Positions 25,824 through 35,253 of a stretch of 47,313 nucleotides of DNA are shown here, piece after piece; position 1 is the first letter of the stretch, and every line of letters begins with the position of its first letter. The position numbers were made by a program, and so were the translations under genes. Below the pieces are notes generated by a model, which had not been told where the DNA came from, did not search any database, and worked only from the letters and a program-made list of their open reading frames with translations. Source of the stretch: an uncultured Gammaproteobacteria bacterium (GTDB lineage: Bacteria; Patescibacteriota; Patescibacteriia; Patescibacteriales; UBA12465); assembly GCA_964446775.1 (NCBI GenBank), contig CAYURA010000002.1:1-47313 (forward strand), in the 5' to 3' direction.

Positions 25824-27548
25824 ATGGTTAGTCCTAATTTAGTTGAAAAAAAAATAGAGAGTGGTACAGAGGAGTTAAATGTCAATGCTAAAAAGCTATT
25901 TCAAGCTGTTTATAATGATATTCATGCTGCGGATGATAAGAATGACGGTTCGCCACATATACGCGTATCAGAACTTATTTCCAAGATGGCTTTTTTCTAT
26001 GAGAAAATTCGTAATGCTGTTGATTATGATGAAGATCATCTTCTGCGAAAAAATGCTATCGCGAGAATATTAAAAAGACAAGTTCGTATTGAGGGTTTGT
26101 TGAAGGTCTCAAGTAATGAAGAATTAGCTCAACATCTTTTAGCGGAATTAATTCGTGCTGGTTATTTACAAAATAATCATTTACCTGAAAGTAAGATTAA
26201 AGAGGTGGCTAATATTTTGGATAAATATCTAAAACTGAAGGATATGGTGGTAAAGCATGAAGAAAATAACGCTAAGGCTAAAAGGATTAATAAAAAATCA
26301 AAAGAATTGTTGAAGGATAAGACTAGTTTAATCGTTTTTTTACTTAATATTGCTGCCTGTGAAATTGAAGAAGGTTTAGTGCAAAGTCGAACTAAACGAG
26401 CCATGGTAAATGTTATGTTTGATGCTATCAATAGAATAATCGAGCTACCTGATGATCTCCCTTATTCTTCTGATTTACAAATACAAATTTATTTAAGCAT
26501 TGGTCGTAATTATTCTCGTTTTGATGAAGATATGTTAGCTTTCGTCCTATTTAAATATTACAATACGGGTTGGACTGGCGATCATATTGATTTAATGTTT
26601 AGTCCAGCCGACGAGCAAATTAAGCAGATGGCTTTTTCTATTCATGATTTACGCCAAGCAATTGAATATCAGTTAAATCATCCTTTAAAAAAACAGCTTG
26701 ATAAAATTGTGCGTCGTTATGCTCTTTATTTTACCGTTCTACAAGATGCTATAATTAAAGATCCGGCTAAGGTTTACAATGAATTTAAATATAATCCTAA
26801 AACTTTTTATACTGCAATTCGTAAAGTATGTAATTTAAAATATAAGAAAGCTAAATCTCGTTTGTGGCGGGCAGCACTTAGAAGTATTATTTACATTTTT
26901 TTAACAAAATCTATTTTTGTCTTGTTAATAGAGATTCCTGCTATTCATTTATTCCATCAACCTCTTAATTATATTTCGTTAATTATTAATATTTCTTTTC
27001 CAGCTGTTTTACTTTTTTTTATAGTGTTATTAACTAGAGTTCCTGGAGATAATAATACTGAGAAGATAATTGAAGGGGTAAGCGAAATTGCTATTTTAGG
27101 AAAAGAAAGAAATAGACCGATTAAATTAAGGAATCCTCAAAAAAGAGGATATGTTCTGAATGCAATTTTTAATTTAATTTATTTTAGTACTTTTTTGATA
27201 TCACTTTATGCTATTGTTTGGCTGTTGATTAAAGTTAATTTTAATTGGGTTAGCATCATTATTTTCCTTTTTTTCTTAGCTTTTGTGAGCTTCTTTAGTA
27301 TTATAGTAACTCGCGGAGTTAAAGAGCTAATAGTTCTAGAAAAGAAGGAAAACCTATTCAGTTTTTTAATGGATTTATTTTATATGCCTATAATTATTGC
27401 GGGGAAGTGGTTGTCTAATAACATATCCAAGATTAATGTTTTTATTTTCGTATTCGATTTCATTATCGAAGCTCCGTTTAAAATATTAGTTGATGTAGCT
27501 GAGGATTGGACTAAATATCTTAAAGAACGTAAAGATAACATGGTTTAA
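25824..27548 (+). CDS. large membrane protein, family not recognised
   Basis: 574 aa with a ~340-aa soluble helical N-terminal region followed by about five TM helices. Confidence 0.5.
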   Translation: MVSPNLVEKKIESGTEELNVNAKKLFQAVYNDIHAADDKNDGSPHIRVSELISKMAFFYEKIRNAVDYDEDHLLRKNAIARILKRQVRIEGLLKVSSNEELAQHLLAELIRAGYLQNNHLPESKIKEVANILDKYLKLKDMVVKHEENNAKAKRINKKSKELLKDKTSLIVFLLNIAACEIEEGLVQSRTKRAMVNVMFDAINRIIELPDDLPYSSDLQIQIYLSIGRNYSRFDEDMLAFVLFKYYNTGWTGDHIDLMFSPADEQIKQMAFSIHDLRQAIEYQLNHPLKKQLDKIVRRYALYFTVLQDAIIKDPAKVYNEFKYNPKTFYTAIRKVCNLKYKKAKSRLWRAALRSIIYIFLTKSIFVLLIEIPAIHLFHQPLNYISLIINISFPAVLLFFIVLLTRVPGDNNTEKIIEGVSEIAILGKERNRPIKLRNPQKRGYVLNAIFNLIYFSTFLISLYAIVWLLIKVNFNWVSIIIFLFFLAFVSFFSIIVTRGVKELIVLEKKENLFSFLMDLFYMPIIIAGKWLSNNISKINVFIFVFDFIIEAPFKILVDVAEDWTKYLKERKDNMV

Positions 27549-27550
27549 TT

Positions 27551-28252
27551 ATGTCTATTGGTAAATTATATGTCGCTGGAACGCCGATTGGTAATTTGGA
27601 AGATGTTAGCTTAAGAGTTTTGCGAATTCTTGCTGAGGTCGACTATATTTTATGTGAGGATACACGCGTCACTAAACGACTGCTTAATCGTTATAAAATA
27701 AATACTAAAACACTTTCCTATCATCAACATTCGCGCGTTTCAAAGGTAGAGCAAATTCTTGACTATTTAAGTGAGGGTAAAGATTTGCTTTTAGTGAGTG
27801 ATGCTGGCACACCCGGGATATCAGATCCAGGATCACTTTTAGTTAGTGCGGCCAGAGATCGTTATGGTGATAAGATTATAATTAGCCCTCTACCAGGGCC
27901 ATCTGCTTTGATTTCCGCTCTTTCAGTATCTGGTTGGCCAGTAGATAGATTTTCTTTTTTTGGTTTTTTACCTCATAAGAAAGGTAGACAAACAATGTTA
28001 AAAGAAATTGTGGCCAGCCCATATCCTTCAGCTTTTTATGAGTCTAAACATAGATTGATTAAGTGTCTGAACGAGCTATTAGTCATTGAAGGAGCGCAGA
28101 ATAGAAAGTTAGAAATTATGATTGCTCGAGAAATAAGTAAAATTTTTGAAAGCTTTTATTTCGGCTCAGCTCAAGACCTTATAGAAAAATTATCGAGCGA
28201 CATTAATTTACAAAAAGGAGAATTCGTACTGCTTTTAAGAACTATCAAATAA
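27551..28252 (+). CDS. rsmI: 16S rRNA (cytidine1402-2'-O)-methyltransferase
   Basis: LYVAGTPIGNLEDVSLR, CEDTR and SDAGTPGISDPG motifs. Confidence 0.9.
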   Translation: MSIGKLYVAGTPIGNLEDVSLRVLRILAEVDYILCEDTRVTKRLLNRYKINTKTLSYHQHSRVSKVEQILDYLSEGKDLLLVSDAGTPGISDPGSLLVSAARDRYGDKIIISPLPGPSALISALSVSGWPVDRFSFFGFLPHKKGRQTMLKEIVASPYPSAFYESKHRLIKCLNELLVIEGAQNRKLEIMIAREISKIFESFYFGSAQDLIEKLSSDINLQKGEFVLLLRTIK

Positions 28253-28253
28253 T

Positions 28254-29702
28254 ATGAATCAAAATAATGATAATTTCTATATAAGTACAACTTTGCCATA
28301 TACTAACTCCGCGCCACACCTTGGTTTTGCGGCTGAGATTATTAAAGCTGATGTTATTGCTAGGTATCAAAATCTTTTAGGGAAAAAAGTAATATTTAAC
28401 ACAGGCACTGATGAGCATGGTTTAAAAATACAGCAAGCAGCAAATAAAATAGCTTTATCACCACGTGATTATTGCACTCCTTACGTTGAAGAGTTTAAAT
28501 CTTTGATTAAAGTTTTGAATTTAAGTGTTAGTAATTTTATACGTACAAGCGATGAAGATCATAAGAAAGCGGCTCAACATTTTTGGAAATTATGTGAGGC
28601 CAATGGTGATATTTATAAAAAATCATATAAGATTAAGTATTGTGTCGGTTGTGAAATGGAAAAAAAGGATTCAGATTTAGTAGCCGGATCTTGCCCATTT
28701 CATCCTAATAGAGATTTGGAAATAATTGAAGAAGAGAACTATTTTTTTAGATTTTCTAAATATCAGTCTCAATTATTAGATTTATATGAGCAGAATAAAG
28801 ACTTTGTTCTTCCTCGTCATCGCTTCAAAGAAATAAAGAACTTCGTGTCTAGTGGTTTGCAAGATTTTAGTATTTCTAGGTTAAAGTCAAAAATGCCTAA
28901 TGGAGTTGATGTCCCTGGAGATAGTGAGCAAGTAATGTATGTTTGGTTCGATGCATTAGTAAATTATATTTCTACTCTTTCTTGGCCTAAGGTTAATTCT
29001 CAATTTAATGATTTTTGGCCTGTAGTTCAAGTCTGTGGAAAGGATAATTTGCGCCAACAATCAGCTATGTGGCAGGCCATGCTCCTATCAGCAGGTCTAA
29101 CTCCCTCAAAGCAAATCTTAGTTTTTGGTTTTTTGACTATTGATGGGGAAAAGATTAGTAAGAGTCAAGGAAAATCAATTGATCTGTTTGATCTAACTAA
29201 TAAATTTGGATATGAGGCGTTGCGCTATTATTTGCTTAGTGATATTCCTACATTTGAAGATGGAGACTTTTCTGAACAACGTTTGATACTTAAATATAAT
29301 GCTGATTTGGCTAATGGTTTAGGCAATTTAGTCTCAAGACTTAGTAATTTATTAGAAAAGAATAAAATAAAAACTAACTTAAGGGTCACAAATAAAGCTT
29401 TAATAGATTTGGCTAATGCATCTGGTTTAAGCAATTATCAGTTTAATCAATCTTTGCAATTTATTTGGCAAAAAATTTCTTTTTGTAATGAAACTTTATC
29501 AAATAAAGCACCCTGGAAAATGGAGAGTCGCGATGAAATCATTAAAGTGTTAATTCCTTTAGCTGAAGAGGTTTTGGACATAGCTACGATTTTACAAGTA
29601 TTCTTGCCAGATTCAGCTAATAAAATAATTGAATTATTTAGCCAAGAACAGATTACTAAAAGTACAAGCTTATTTCCACGCATAGATTCAAAACTTAATT
29701 AA
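28254..29702 (+). CDS. metG: methionine--tRNA ligase (short form)
   Basis: PYTNSAPHLGF (HIGH region), KISKSQG (KMSKS) and the zinc knuckle CVGCE...CPFH. Confidence 0.9.
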   Translation: MNQNNDNFYISTTLPYTNSAPHLGFAAEIIKADVIARYQNLLGKKVIFNTGTDEHGLKIQQAANKIALSPRDYCTPYVEEFKSLIKVLNLSVSNFIRTSDEDHKKAAQHFWKLCEANGDIYKKSYKIKYCVGCEMEKKDSDLVAGSCPFHPNRDLEIIEEENYFFRFSKYQSQLLDLYEQNKDFVLPRHRFKEIKNFVSSGLQDFSISRLKSKMPNGVDVPGDSEQVMYVWFDALVNYISTLSWPKVNSQFNDFWPVVQVCGKDNLRQQSAMWQAMLLSAGLTPSKQILVFGFLTIDGEKISKSQGKSIDLFDLTNKFGYEALRYYLLSDIPTFEDGDFSEQRLILKYNADLANGLGNLVSRLSNLLEKNKIKTNLRVTNKALIDLANASGLSNYQFNQSLQFIWQKISFCNETLSNKAPWKMESRDEIIKVLIPLAEEVLDIATILQVFLPDSANKIIELFSQEQITKSTSLFPRIDSKLN

Positions 29703-29710
29703 TTTATATT

Positions 29711-30226
29711 ATGTCTTATTTCGATATTGCTCTAATAATATTTGTTGCAGCTTTTACTATCAATGGCTTTATTAAAGGTTTTATTAAGCTATTAGGTAAA
29801 ATATTTGGTTTAATAATTGGTATTTTTATTGCCAGTCATTTTTACTTACAGTTTTATGAATGGACTCAAAATATATTTGCATCTAGAGTTGCGCTAGGAA
29901 AAGTTCTTTCATTTATCATTGTTTTTGTGGTGATCACAGTAATTATAGACTTTGTTTTCGTAATCTTAGAAAAAGTTTATAAATTAATTTCTATCATTCC
30001 TTTCACAAAATTGATTAATAGGACTCTAGGTGCTTCATTGGGGTTCATTGAAGGTTCTCTTTTTATCGGGATTATTCTTTTTGTTGTGTCTAGATATGCT
30101 TGGATTGGCAGCTTGTTAGGCGACAAGCTAGTTAATTCACAAGTAGCTCCTTTTTTCATAAAGCTGGTTAATTTAATCATGCCTATCTTGCCTCAAGCTT
30201 TGAAGGCTCTTCAATCTATTATATAA
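29711..30226 (+). CDS. cvpA: CvpA family membrane protein
   Basis: 171 aa with four TM helices. The N-terminus FDIALIIFVAAFTINGFIKGFIK is typical of CvpA. Confidence 0.65.
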   Translation: MSYFDIALIIFVAAFTINGFIKGFIKLLGKIFGLIIGIFIASHFYLQFYEWTQNIFASRVALGKVLSFIIVFVVITVIIDFVFVILEKVYKLISIIPFTKLINRTLGASLGFIEGSLFIGIILFVVSRYAWIGSLLGDKLVNSQVAPFFIKLVNLIMPILPQALKALQSII

Positions 30227-30227
30227 T

Positions 30228-30827
30228 ATGGAAATAATAGATTTAAAGAACCGTAGTTTACTTAGATCTAGAGAATCTATAAAAAATTATTTTTTGAGAG
30301 ATAAGGTGGTTGTAATGCCCACTGATACCATTGATGGTATTTCAGTTAGAGCTGATAGCTTTACAGCTGTTGAAAAGATTTATAAAATTAAAAAAAGAAA
30401 TAAAAATAAATCGTTGATCATCTTAGTTTCTAGTATTAACATGTTAAAAAAATATTGTTATTTAAGCCAAGCTCAAGAACGGGTATTAAAAAAAATTTGG
30501 CAATCTGAAAACCCGACAACAGTTCTATTAACTCATAAAAAAAAGTTAGCTACAAATTTAACAAATAATAAATATTTAGCTGTCCGTTTGCCTAAAAATG
30601 ATTTTTTACGTAAAATGATTAAGTCATTAAGAATCCCCATAGTTTCTACTAGTTTAAATATTAGTGGTGAAAAAAATCTAACAATTAATCAATCATTAGA
30701 ATTATTTAGATCCACATTACGGCCGGATTTAGTAGTTATTAATGGGATAAATGATAAGTTAAAAATTAAAGCCTCTCGTTTGCTTTCATTAAATCAAGAG
30801 GGTGAGTTTAAAATTATAAGGAAATAA
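30228..30827 (+). CDS. tsaC: L-threonylcarbamoyladenylate synthase (YrdC/TsaC family)
   Basis: MPTDTIDGIS (a PTDT-x-YG-like motif), IKKRNKNKSLIILV and VSTSLNISGE. Confidence 0.7.
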   Translation: MEIIDLKNRSLLRSRESIKNYFLRDKVVVMPTDTIDGISVRADSFTAVEKIYKIKKRNKNKSLIILVSSINMLKKYCYLSQAQERVLKKIWQSENPTTVLLTHKKKLATNLTNNKYLAVRLPKNDFLRKMIKSLRIPIVSTSLNISGEKNLTINQSLELFRSTLRPDLVVINGINDKLKIKASRLLSLNQEGEFKIIRK

Positions 30828-30830
30828 TAT

Positions 30831-32060
30831 ATGAATTTATATAATAGGATTAAAAACAAACCAGCTTTAGTATCGGTCATTATTGTTGCGTTAATGATCT
30901 TTTCTTTTGGTGTAGGCTCAGTTTGGTCAAGTGGAGAAAATAATGATCTCAGAATTCGCCACCTAGCTTATTCCCCTGAGGCTAAAAAAATAGCAAATAA
31001 TTCTGCTTTAGATTTCGATCTATATTGGGAAGTTTGGCATCGTTTAAAACAAGATCATATTGATAAGAATAAAGTTAGTGATGAGGAAATGTTCTATGGA
31101 TCATTACGCGGTTTAGTAAGATCAATGAATGATCCATATACTATATTTATGGATCCGGAAGAGAGCATAGAATTTACTACCGATATGTCTGGTAGTTTTG
31201 AGGGCATAGGTGCTGAGGTAGGAATGAAAGATGATATTATTACTATTATTGCGCCGTTAGCAGGAATGCCTGCAGAAAAGGCAGGAATAAAGGCTGGTGA
31301 TCGAGTCTATGCTATCGATGGGTTGAATACCCTAGGGATGAGCGTTGATGAGGCTGTAAAAAAAATTAGAGGCATCAAAGATACAGAGGTGATACTTACA
31401 GTGATTAGAGACGAAGAAGACAAACCTTTAGACATCAGTATTACCAGAGGCATCATCGTGGTTAAAAGTATAAAAACAGAGATGAGAGATGATGGAATAA
31501 TGATACTGACTATTAATAGTTTTAATGACGATACTGAGGCATTATTTGTCTCTGCTATTCAAGAAATATTACTGAAAAACCCTAAAGGTATTATTTTAGA
31601 TCTAAGAAATAATCCTGGCGGTTATCTCGACACAGCTGTTACAGTTGCTAGTGCTTGGATACCAGAGGGCCCAGTAGTGGTTGAGCAGTTTGGCGAGGGA
31701 GTGAGAGAAGAATATTTTGCGATAGGTGGAGCACCTTTAAAAAATTTTAAAACAATTGTTTTAATTAACGGTGGTAGCGCATCAGCGTCCGAGATTGTTG
31801 CTGGTGCTTTACGTGACTATAATAAAGCTATTTTACTTGGGCAAAAATCTTTTGGGAAAGGATCAGTTCAAAGTTTTAAAGATTTAAGTGATGGATCAGC
31901 TTTGAAAATAACTGTTGCACAATGGTTGACTCCAGAAGGAGATTATATAAATGATAAAGGAATTATACCTGAGATAGAAGTGGAAATAACTAGAGAAGAT
32001 ATTGATGATGATCGTGATCCGCAGCTCTTAAAGGCTATTAATTTATTATTAGATAAATAA
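30831..32060 (+). CDS. S41 carboxy-terminal processing peptidase with PDZ domain
   Basis: N-terminal TM, PDZ (AGIKAGDRVYAIDG), DLRNNPGG, GGSASASEI and SFGKGSVQ catalytic motifs. Confidence 0.9.
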   Translation: MNLYNRIKNKPALVSVIIVALMIFSFGVGSVWSSGENNDLRIRHLAYSPEAKKIANNSALDFDLYWEVWHRLKQDHIDKNKVSDEEMFYGSLRGLVRSMNDPYTIFMDPEESIEFTTDMSGSFEGIGAEVGMKDDIITIIAPLAGMPAEKAGIKAGDRVYAIDGLNTLGMSVDEAVKKIRGIKDTEVILTVIRDEEDKPLDISITRGIIVVKSIKTEMRDDGIMILTINSFNDDTEALFVSAIQEILLKNPKGIILDLRNNPGGYLDTAVTVASAWIPEGPVVVEQFGEGVREEYFAIGGAPLKNFKTIVLINGGSASASEIVAGALRDYNKAILLGQKSFGKGSVQSFKDLSDGSALKITVAQWLTPEGDYINDKGIIPEIEVEITREDIDDDRDPQLLKAINLLLDK

Positions 32061-32104
32061 TTTAATTAAATTAAATTAATGAAAGCATATTGCTTTGTTA
32101 TACT

Positions 32105-33793
32105 ATGGAAAAAAAATTAAATTTAAAAAATCATCAAAAAAATGGCAAAACTGTTAAATATATTTTTGTTGTTGGTGGAGTAATGTCTGGTGTAGGGAAG
32201 GGGGTTAGTGCTGCTTCTATTGGTCAAATACTACAGGCCCAGGGCTATAATGTTAGTGCAATTAAGATTGATCCATATATTAATGTCGATGCTGGCACTA
32301 TGAATCCCGTAGAACATGGTGAGGTTTTTGTTACTGATGATGGCGATGAAACAGACCAAGATTTAGGTAATTATGAACGTTTTTTAAATAAAAACATTTA
32401 TCGTGAAAATTACATGACCACTGGCAGAGTCTATCAAACAGTTATTAATCGCGAAAGAAATTTAGGCTATAATGGGAAGTGTGTTCAAGTTGTGCCTCAT
32501 ATTCCGATGGAAGTTAGAGATAGGATTAATAAGGCTGCTATTAAAAGTCAAGCTGATATTATGACAGTAGAGATTGGCGGCACTGTCGGAGAGTATGAGA
32601 ATCTACTTTTTTTAGAAGCCGCTAGAGTAATGAAGTTGTATAATCCAAATGATATTCTTTTTGTGATGGTTTCATATTTACCCTTTCCACACATAGTCGG
32701 TGAACTTAAAACAAAACCAACTCAGCATGCTGTTAGGAGTTTAAATAGTGCTGGAATTCAACCAGACTTTTTAATTGCTAGAAGTGAAAAAATGATTGAT
32801 TATAAAAGAAAGGAGAAATTAGCTATTCATTGTAATGTGGCAATTGAGGATGTTATTGCTGCACCAGACGCAGATTCTATATATGATATACCATTAAATT
32901 TTGAAAGGGAAAATCTCGCTGAAAGGATACTCACCAAACTAAATTTAAAAGTAAAAGATAAAAAAGCTAATAATAATGCATGGAAAAATTTCGTATCAGC
33001 TACTAAAAATCAAAAAAAGAGTGTTGATTTAGGTATTGTGGGTAAATATTTTAAAACGGGCGATTATTCATTATCTGATTCTTATATTTCTGTGATTGAG
33101 GCTATTAAACACGCTGCCGCTGTTAATCATTGCAAGCTAAACTTAAATTGGTTAAATGCTGAAGACTTTGAGAAAAAAGATGTTAAAGTCTTAGCTAAAC
33201 TGGATGGTATAATCATTCCGCAAGGTTGGGGTGGTAGAGGTTCAGCTGGAAAAATAAGAGCTATTAAATATTGTCGAGAAAATAAAATCCCTTTTTTTGG
33301 TCTTTGTTATGGCATGCAAATGGCGGTGATTGAGTTTGCTCGTAATGTAGCAGGTTTAGTAGACGCAGATTCAGAAGAAATTAATCCTAAAACTAGTGAT
33401 CCCGTCATACATATTATGCTCGAGCAGAAAAAACTAATCGATGAAAAAGCTTATGGAGGCACTATTCGCTTAGGGTCTTGGCCCTGCCTATTAAAACCTA
33501 GTTCTCATTTAAGTAAAGCTTACCGAAAATATACAGATAAAAAAATAGTGTCAGAACGTCATCGTCATCGTTATGAGTTTAATAACAATTATCGTAAGCT
33601 ATTAGAAAAGTCTGGTTTAATTATTTCAGGTACTTCGCCTGATAATAAAATTGTTGAGGCTATAGAGTTGAAGGATCATCCATTTTTTATTGGTGTGCAA
33701 TTTCACCCCGAATACATCTCTCGACCTTTAGACCCACATCCGTTATTCGTTGAATTTGTTAGAATTGCGTTAAAAGAGCAAAAAAATAAATAA
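32105..33793 (+). CDS. pyrG: CTP synthase
   Basis: KYIFVVGGVMSGVGKG, DPYINVDAGTM, GLCYGMQ (GATase Cys) and HRHRYEFN. The ATG at 32105 is preferred over the TTG at 32090. Confidence 0.95.
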   Translation: MEKKLNLKNHQKNGKTVKYIFVVGGVMSGVGKGVSAASIGQILQAQGYNVSAIKIDPYINVDAGTMNPVEHGEVFVTDDGDETDQDLGNYERFLNKNIYRENYMTTGRVYQTVINRERNLGYNGKCVQVVPHIPMEVRDRINKAAIKSQADIMTVEIGGTVGEYENLLFLEAARVMKLYNPNDILFVMVSYLPFPHIVGELKTKPTQHAVRSLNSAGIQPDFLIARSEKMIDYKRKEKLAIHCNVAIEDVIAAPDADSIYDIPLNFERENLAERILTKLNLKVKDKKANNNAWKNFVSATKNQKKSVDLGIVGKYFKTGDYSLSDSYISVIEAIKHAAAVNHCKLNLNWLNAEDFEKKDVKVLAKLDGIIIPQGWGGRGSAGKIRAIKYCRENKIPFFGLCYGMQMAVIEFARNVAGLVDADSEEINPKTSDPVIHIMLEQKKLIDEKAYGGTIRLGSWPCLLKPSSHLSKAYRKYTDKKIVSERHRHRYEFNNNYRKLLEKSGLIISGTSPDNKIVEAIELKDHPFFIGVQFHPEYISRPLDPHPLFVEFVRIALKEQKNK

Positions 33794-33807
33794 GAGTAAG
33801 ATAAAAT

Positions 33808-33846
33808 AAAAAAAGCTTTAATATATAGATTAAAGCTTTTTTTTGT
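33808..33846. terminator. bidirectional rho-independent terminator
   Basis: AAAAAAAGCTTTAAT-ATATAG-ATTAAAGCTTTTTTTT lies between the convergent pyrG (+) and rpmA (-). Confidence 0.7.
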
Positions 33847-33851
33847 TTTTT

Positions 33852-34124
33852 TTAACAAACGCTAACGATTTTAGAGTCTTTAAGCTTACCAGTAAACTTT
33901 TTTAATTTTTTACTAGTAAATTTCACTAAACCATCAGATACAGCAAAAAGGGTATCGTCGTTACCGCGTTTTACATTTTTTCCTGGATGATATTTGGTTC
34001 CACGCTGGCGGATAATAATATTACCAGCCTTAGCTTTTTGGCCATCAGATAACTTGACGCCTAAACGTTTGCTCTCTGAATCGCGACCCAAGGCAGTTGA
34101 ACTGCCAGCTTTCTTATGTGCCAT
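33852..34124 (-). CDS. rpmA: 50S ribosomal protein L27
   Basis: [24 protein letters not shown] signature. The ATG at 34124 is preferred over the track start at 34172. Confidence 0.95.
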   Translation of the reverse strand: MAHKKAGSSTALGRDSESKRLGVKLSDGQKAKAGNIIIRQRGTKYHPGKNVKRGNDDTLFAVSDGLVKFTSKKLKKFTGKLKDSKIVSVC

Positions 34125-34221
34125 AAAGATAATATTGGTTATATTTTTTTCAAAATGAAAATAATTAACCATTTTTCATTAAATAATGTATTAAGTTAAG
34201 ATATATTAAGTTAACGATGTC

Positions 34222-34250
34222 AATATAACAAAATGGGCGTTACTTGTCAA
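34222..34250 (-). promoter_or_regulatory. candidate rpmA promoter (TTGACA-17-TATATT)
   Basis: On the minus strand, TTGACA (34250-34245), an exact 17-nt spacer and TATATT (34227-34222), about 95 nt upstream of the rpmA ATG. Confidence 0.5.
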
Positions 34251-34271
34251 TTGATAAGAGATGATTGTAAA

Positions 34272-34343
34272 GGCAATTTAGAAATGTCATAGTGGTGGGC
34301 AATTTAGAAATGTCATACCTTCGTTTTCAATAGAAATGTCATA
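34272..34343. repeat. three tandem direct repeats with 26-bp period (core TAGAAATGTCATA)
   Basis: GGCAATTTAGAAATGTCATA at 34272-34291 and at 34298-34317 are identical. A third core copy, TAGAAATGTCATAC, starts at 34331. The cores start at 34279, 34305 and 34331. Confidence 0.85.
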
Positions 34344-34506
34344 CTTGAGAAAATATGTTAATTATTTAAACTTTAATTCATTGGCTAAGTCTTGTTAATA
34401 TCTATTATAGGGTATGATGTTTCAATGAATGCTTAAATATGCTTCACATATCTACTTATAATCACTTGGATATAAGCGTTCTGAGACTATTATTTTTTAG
34501 AAACTA

Positions 34507-34515
34507 TGCTATACT
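34507..34515 (+). promoter_or_regulatory. candidate extended -10 promoter (TGcTATACT) for the ferredoxin-led operon
   Basis: TG at 34507-34508 and TATACT at 34510-34515, about 75 nt upstream of the ATG at 34590. Confidence 0.4.
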
Positions 34516-34589
34516 TTATAAAGTAATAGTTAAAAGTAATAGCTAAGAGTAAATATAAAGAAGTCTAGCTACTTTATTGTTTTTTATAT

Positions 34590-34760
34590 ATGATTAAGAT
34601 TAAAAATGAAGAGTGCATAGGTTGCGGTTTATGTGTCAGTCTTTGCCCAGATGTTTTTGTTTTAGGTAAGGACTATAAGGCAGTGGTGGTTAATGATATT
34701 AACAAAGATTGTGCTAAAAAAGCAGCTTTGAATTGCCCTGTTAACGCTATAATTATCTAA
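34590..34760 (+). CDS. fdx: small 4Fe-4S ferredoxin (56 aa), absent from the ORF track
   Basis: My own translation is MIKIKNEECIGCGLCVSLCPDVFVLGKDYKAVVVNDINKDCAKKAALNCPVNAIII. The CxxCxxC...CP plus distal C...CP pattern is that of monocluster ferredoxins. The stop is 4 nt before the next ATG. Confidence 0.8.
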   Translation: MIKIKNEECIGCGLCVSLCPDVFVLGKDYKAVVVNDINKDCAKKAALNCPVNAIII

Positions 34761-34764
34761 AAAT

Positions 34765-35247
34765 ATGGCCAATAATTTAAACAAGATTGAGGAAATTCCA
34801 TCACCTCACGTAGCAGAAATACCTCGAGAAGGCTCAGAAACAAATGTAGAAAGAGTCGGAGAAATACTGCCAGAGATAAAAAAAAATAATGATAAAGGCG
34901 TTCGACCACCTACTGCAAAGAAGCCTGTCCCATCGCCACTGAAGGTAGAAGACCAAAATAACTATGAGGGTAAGAAGATCAAAGCTATTGAAAATATCAT
35001 GTCGAGTGGCTTAGATAAAATTTTCTTAGAAATGAGTCCTAGAGAGCGTAAGCGTTTTAAAGACGAAGGAGAAAAAACAGCTCTAAAAATTAGCGAATTA
35101 TTATCAAAAGTTCGACTTAGTGCTGATAAAATTGTTAAATTAATTAAAGACTGGCTAAAATTAATCCCTGGTGTGAATCGTTTCTTTCTTGAGCAAGAAG
35201 CAAAAATTAAGACAGATAAAATAATAAATATCAAGAAAAGCCTTTAA
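34765..35247 (+). CDS. hypothetical protein, no family recognised
   Basis: 160 aa with a Pro/Lys-rich N-terminal half and a helical C-terminal half. Tightly packed between the ferredoxin and the ATPase. Confidence 0.5.
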   Translation: MANNLNKIEEIPSPHVAEIPREGSETNVERVGEILPEIKKNNDKGVRPPTAKKPVPSPLKVEDQNNYEGKKIKAIENIMSSGLDKIFLEMSPRERKRFKDEGEKTALKISELLSKVRLSADKIVKLIKDWLKLIPGVNRFFLEQEAKIKTDKIINIKKSL

Positions 35248-35253
35248 AATCAT

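Noticed and set aside
8486-26073. Same-strand out-of-frame ORFs 8486..8677 (inside tgt) and 25879..26073 (inside the 574-aa gene)
   Set aside because: They are embedded in longer ORFs whose frame carries conserved motifs (tgt) or continuous coding character. There is no independent start context or motif.
34272-34343. Could the 26-bp-periodic repeats be a CRISPR array?
   Set aside because: There are only three copies. The repeat units are 13-20 nt with about 6-nt gaps, far below CRISPR repeat and spacer sizes. The third copy is degenerate, and no cas genes occur in the window.
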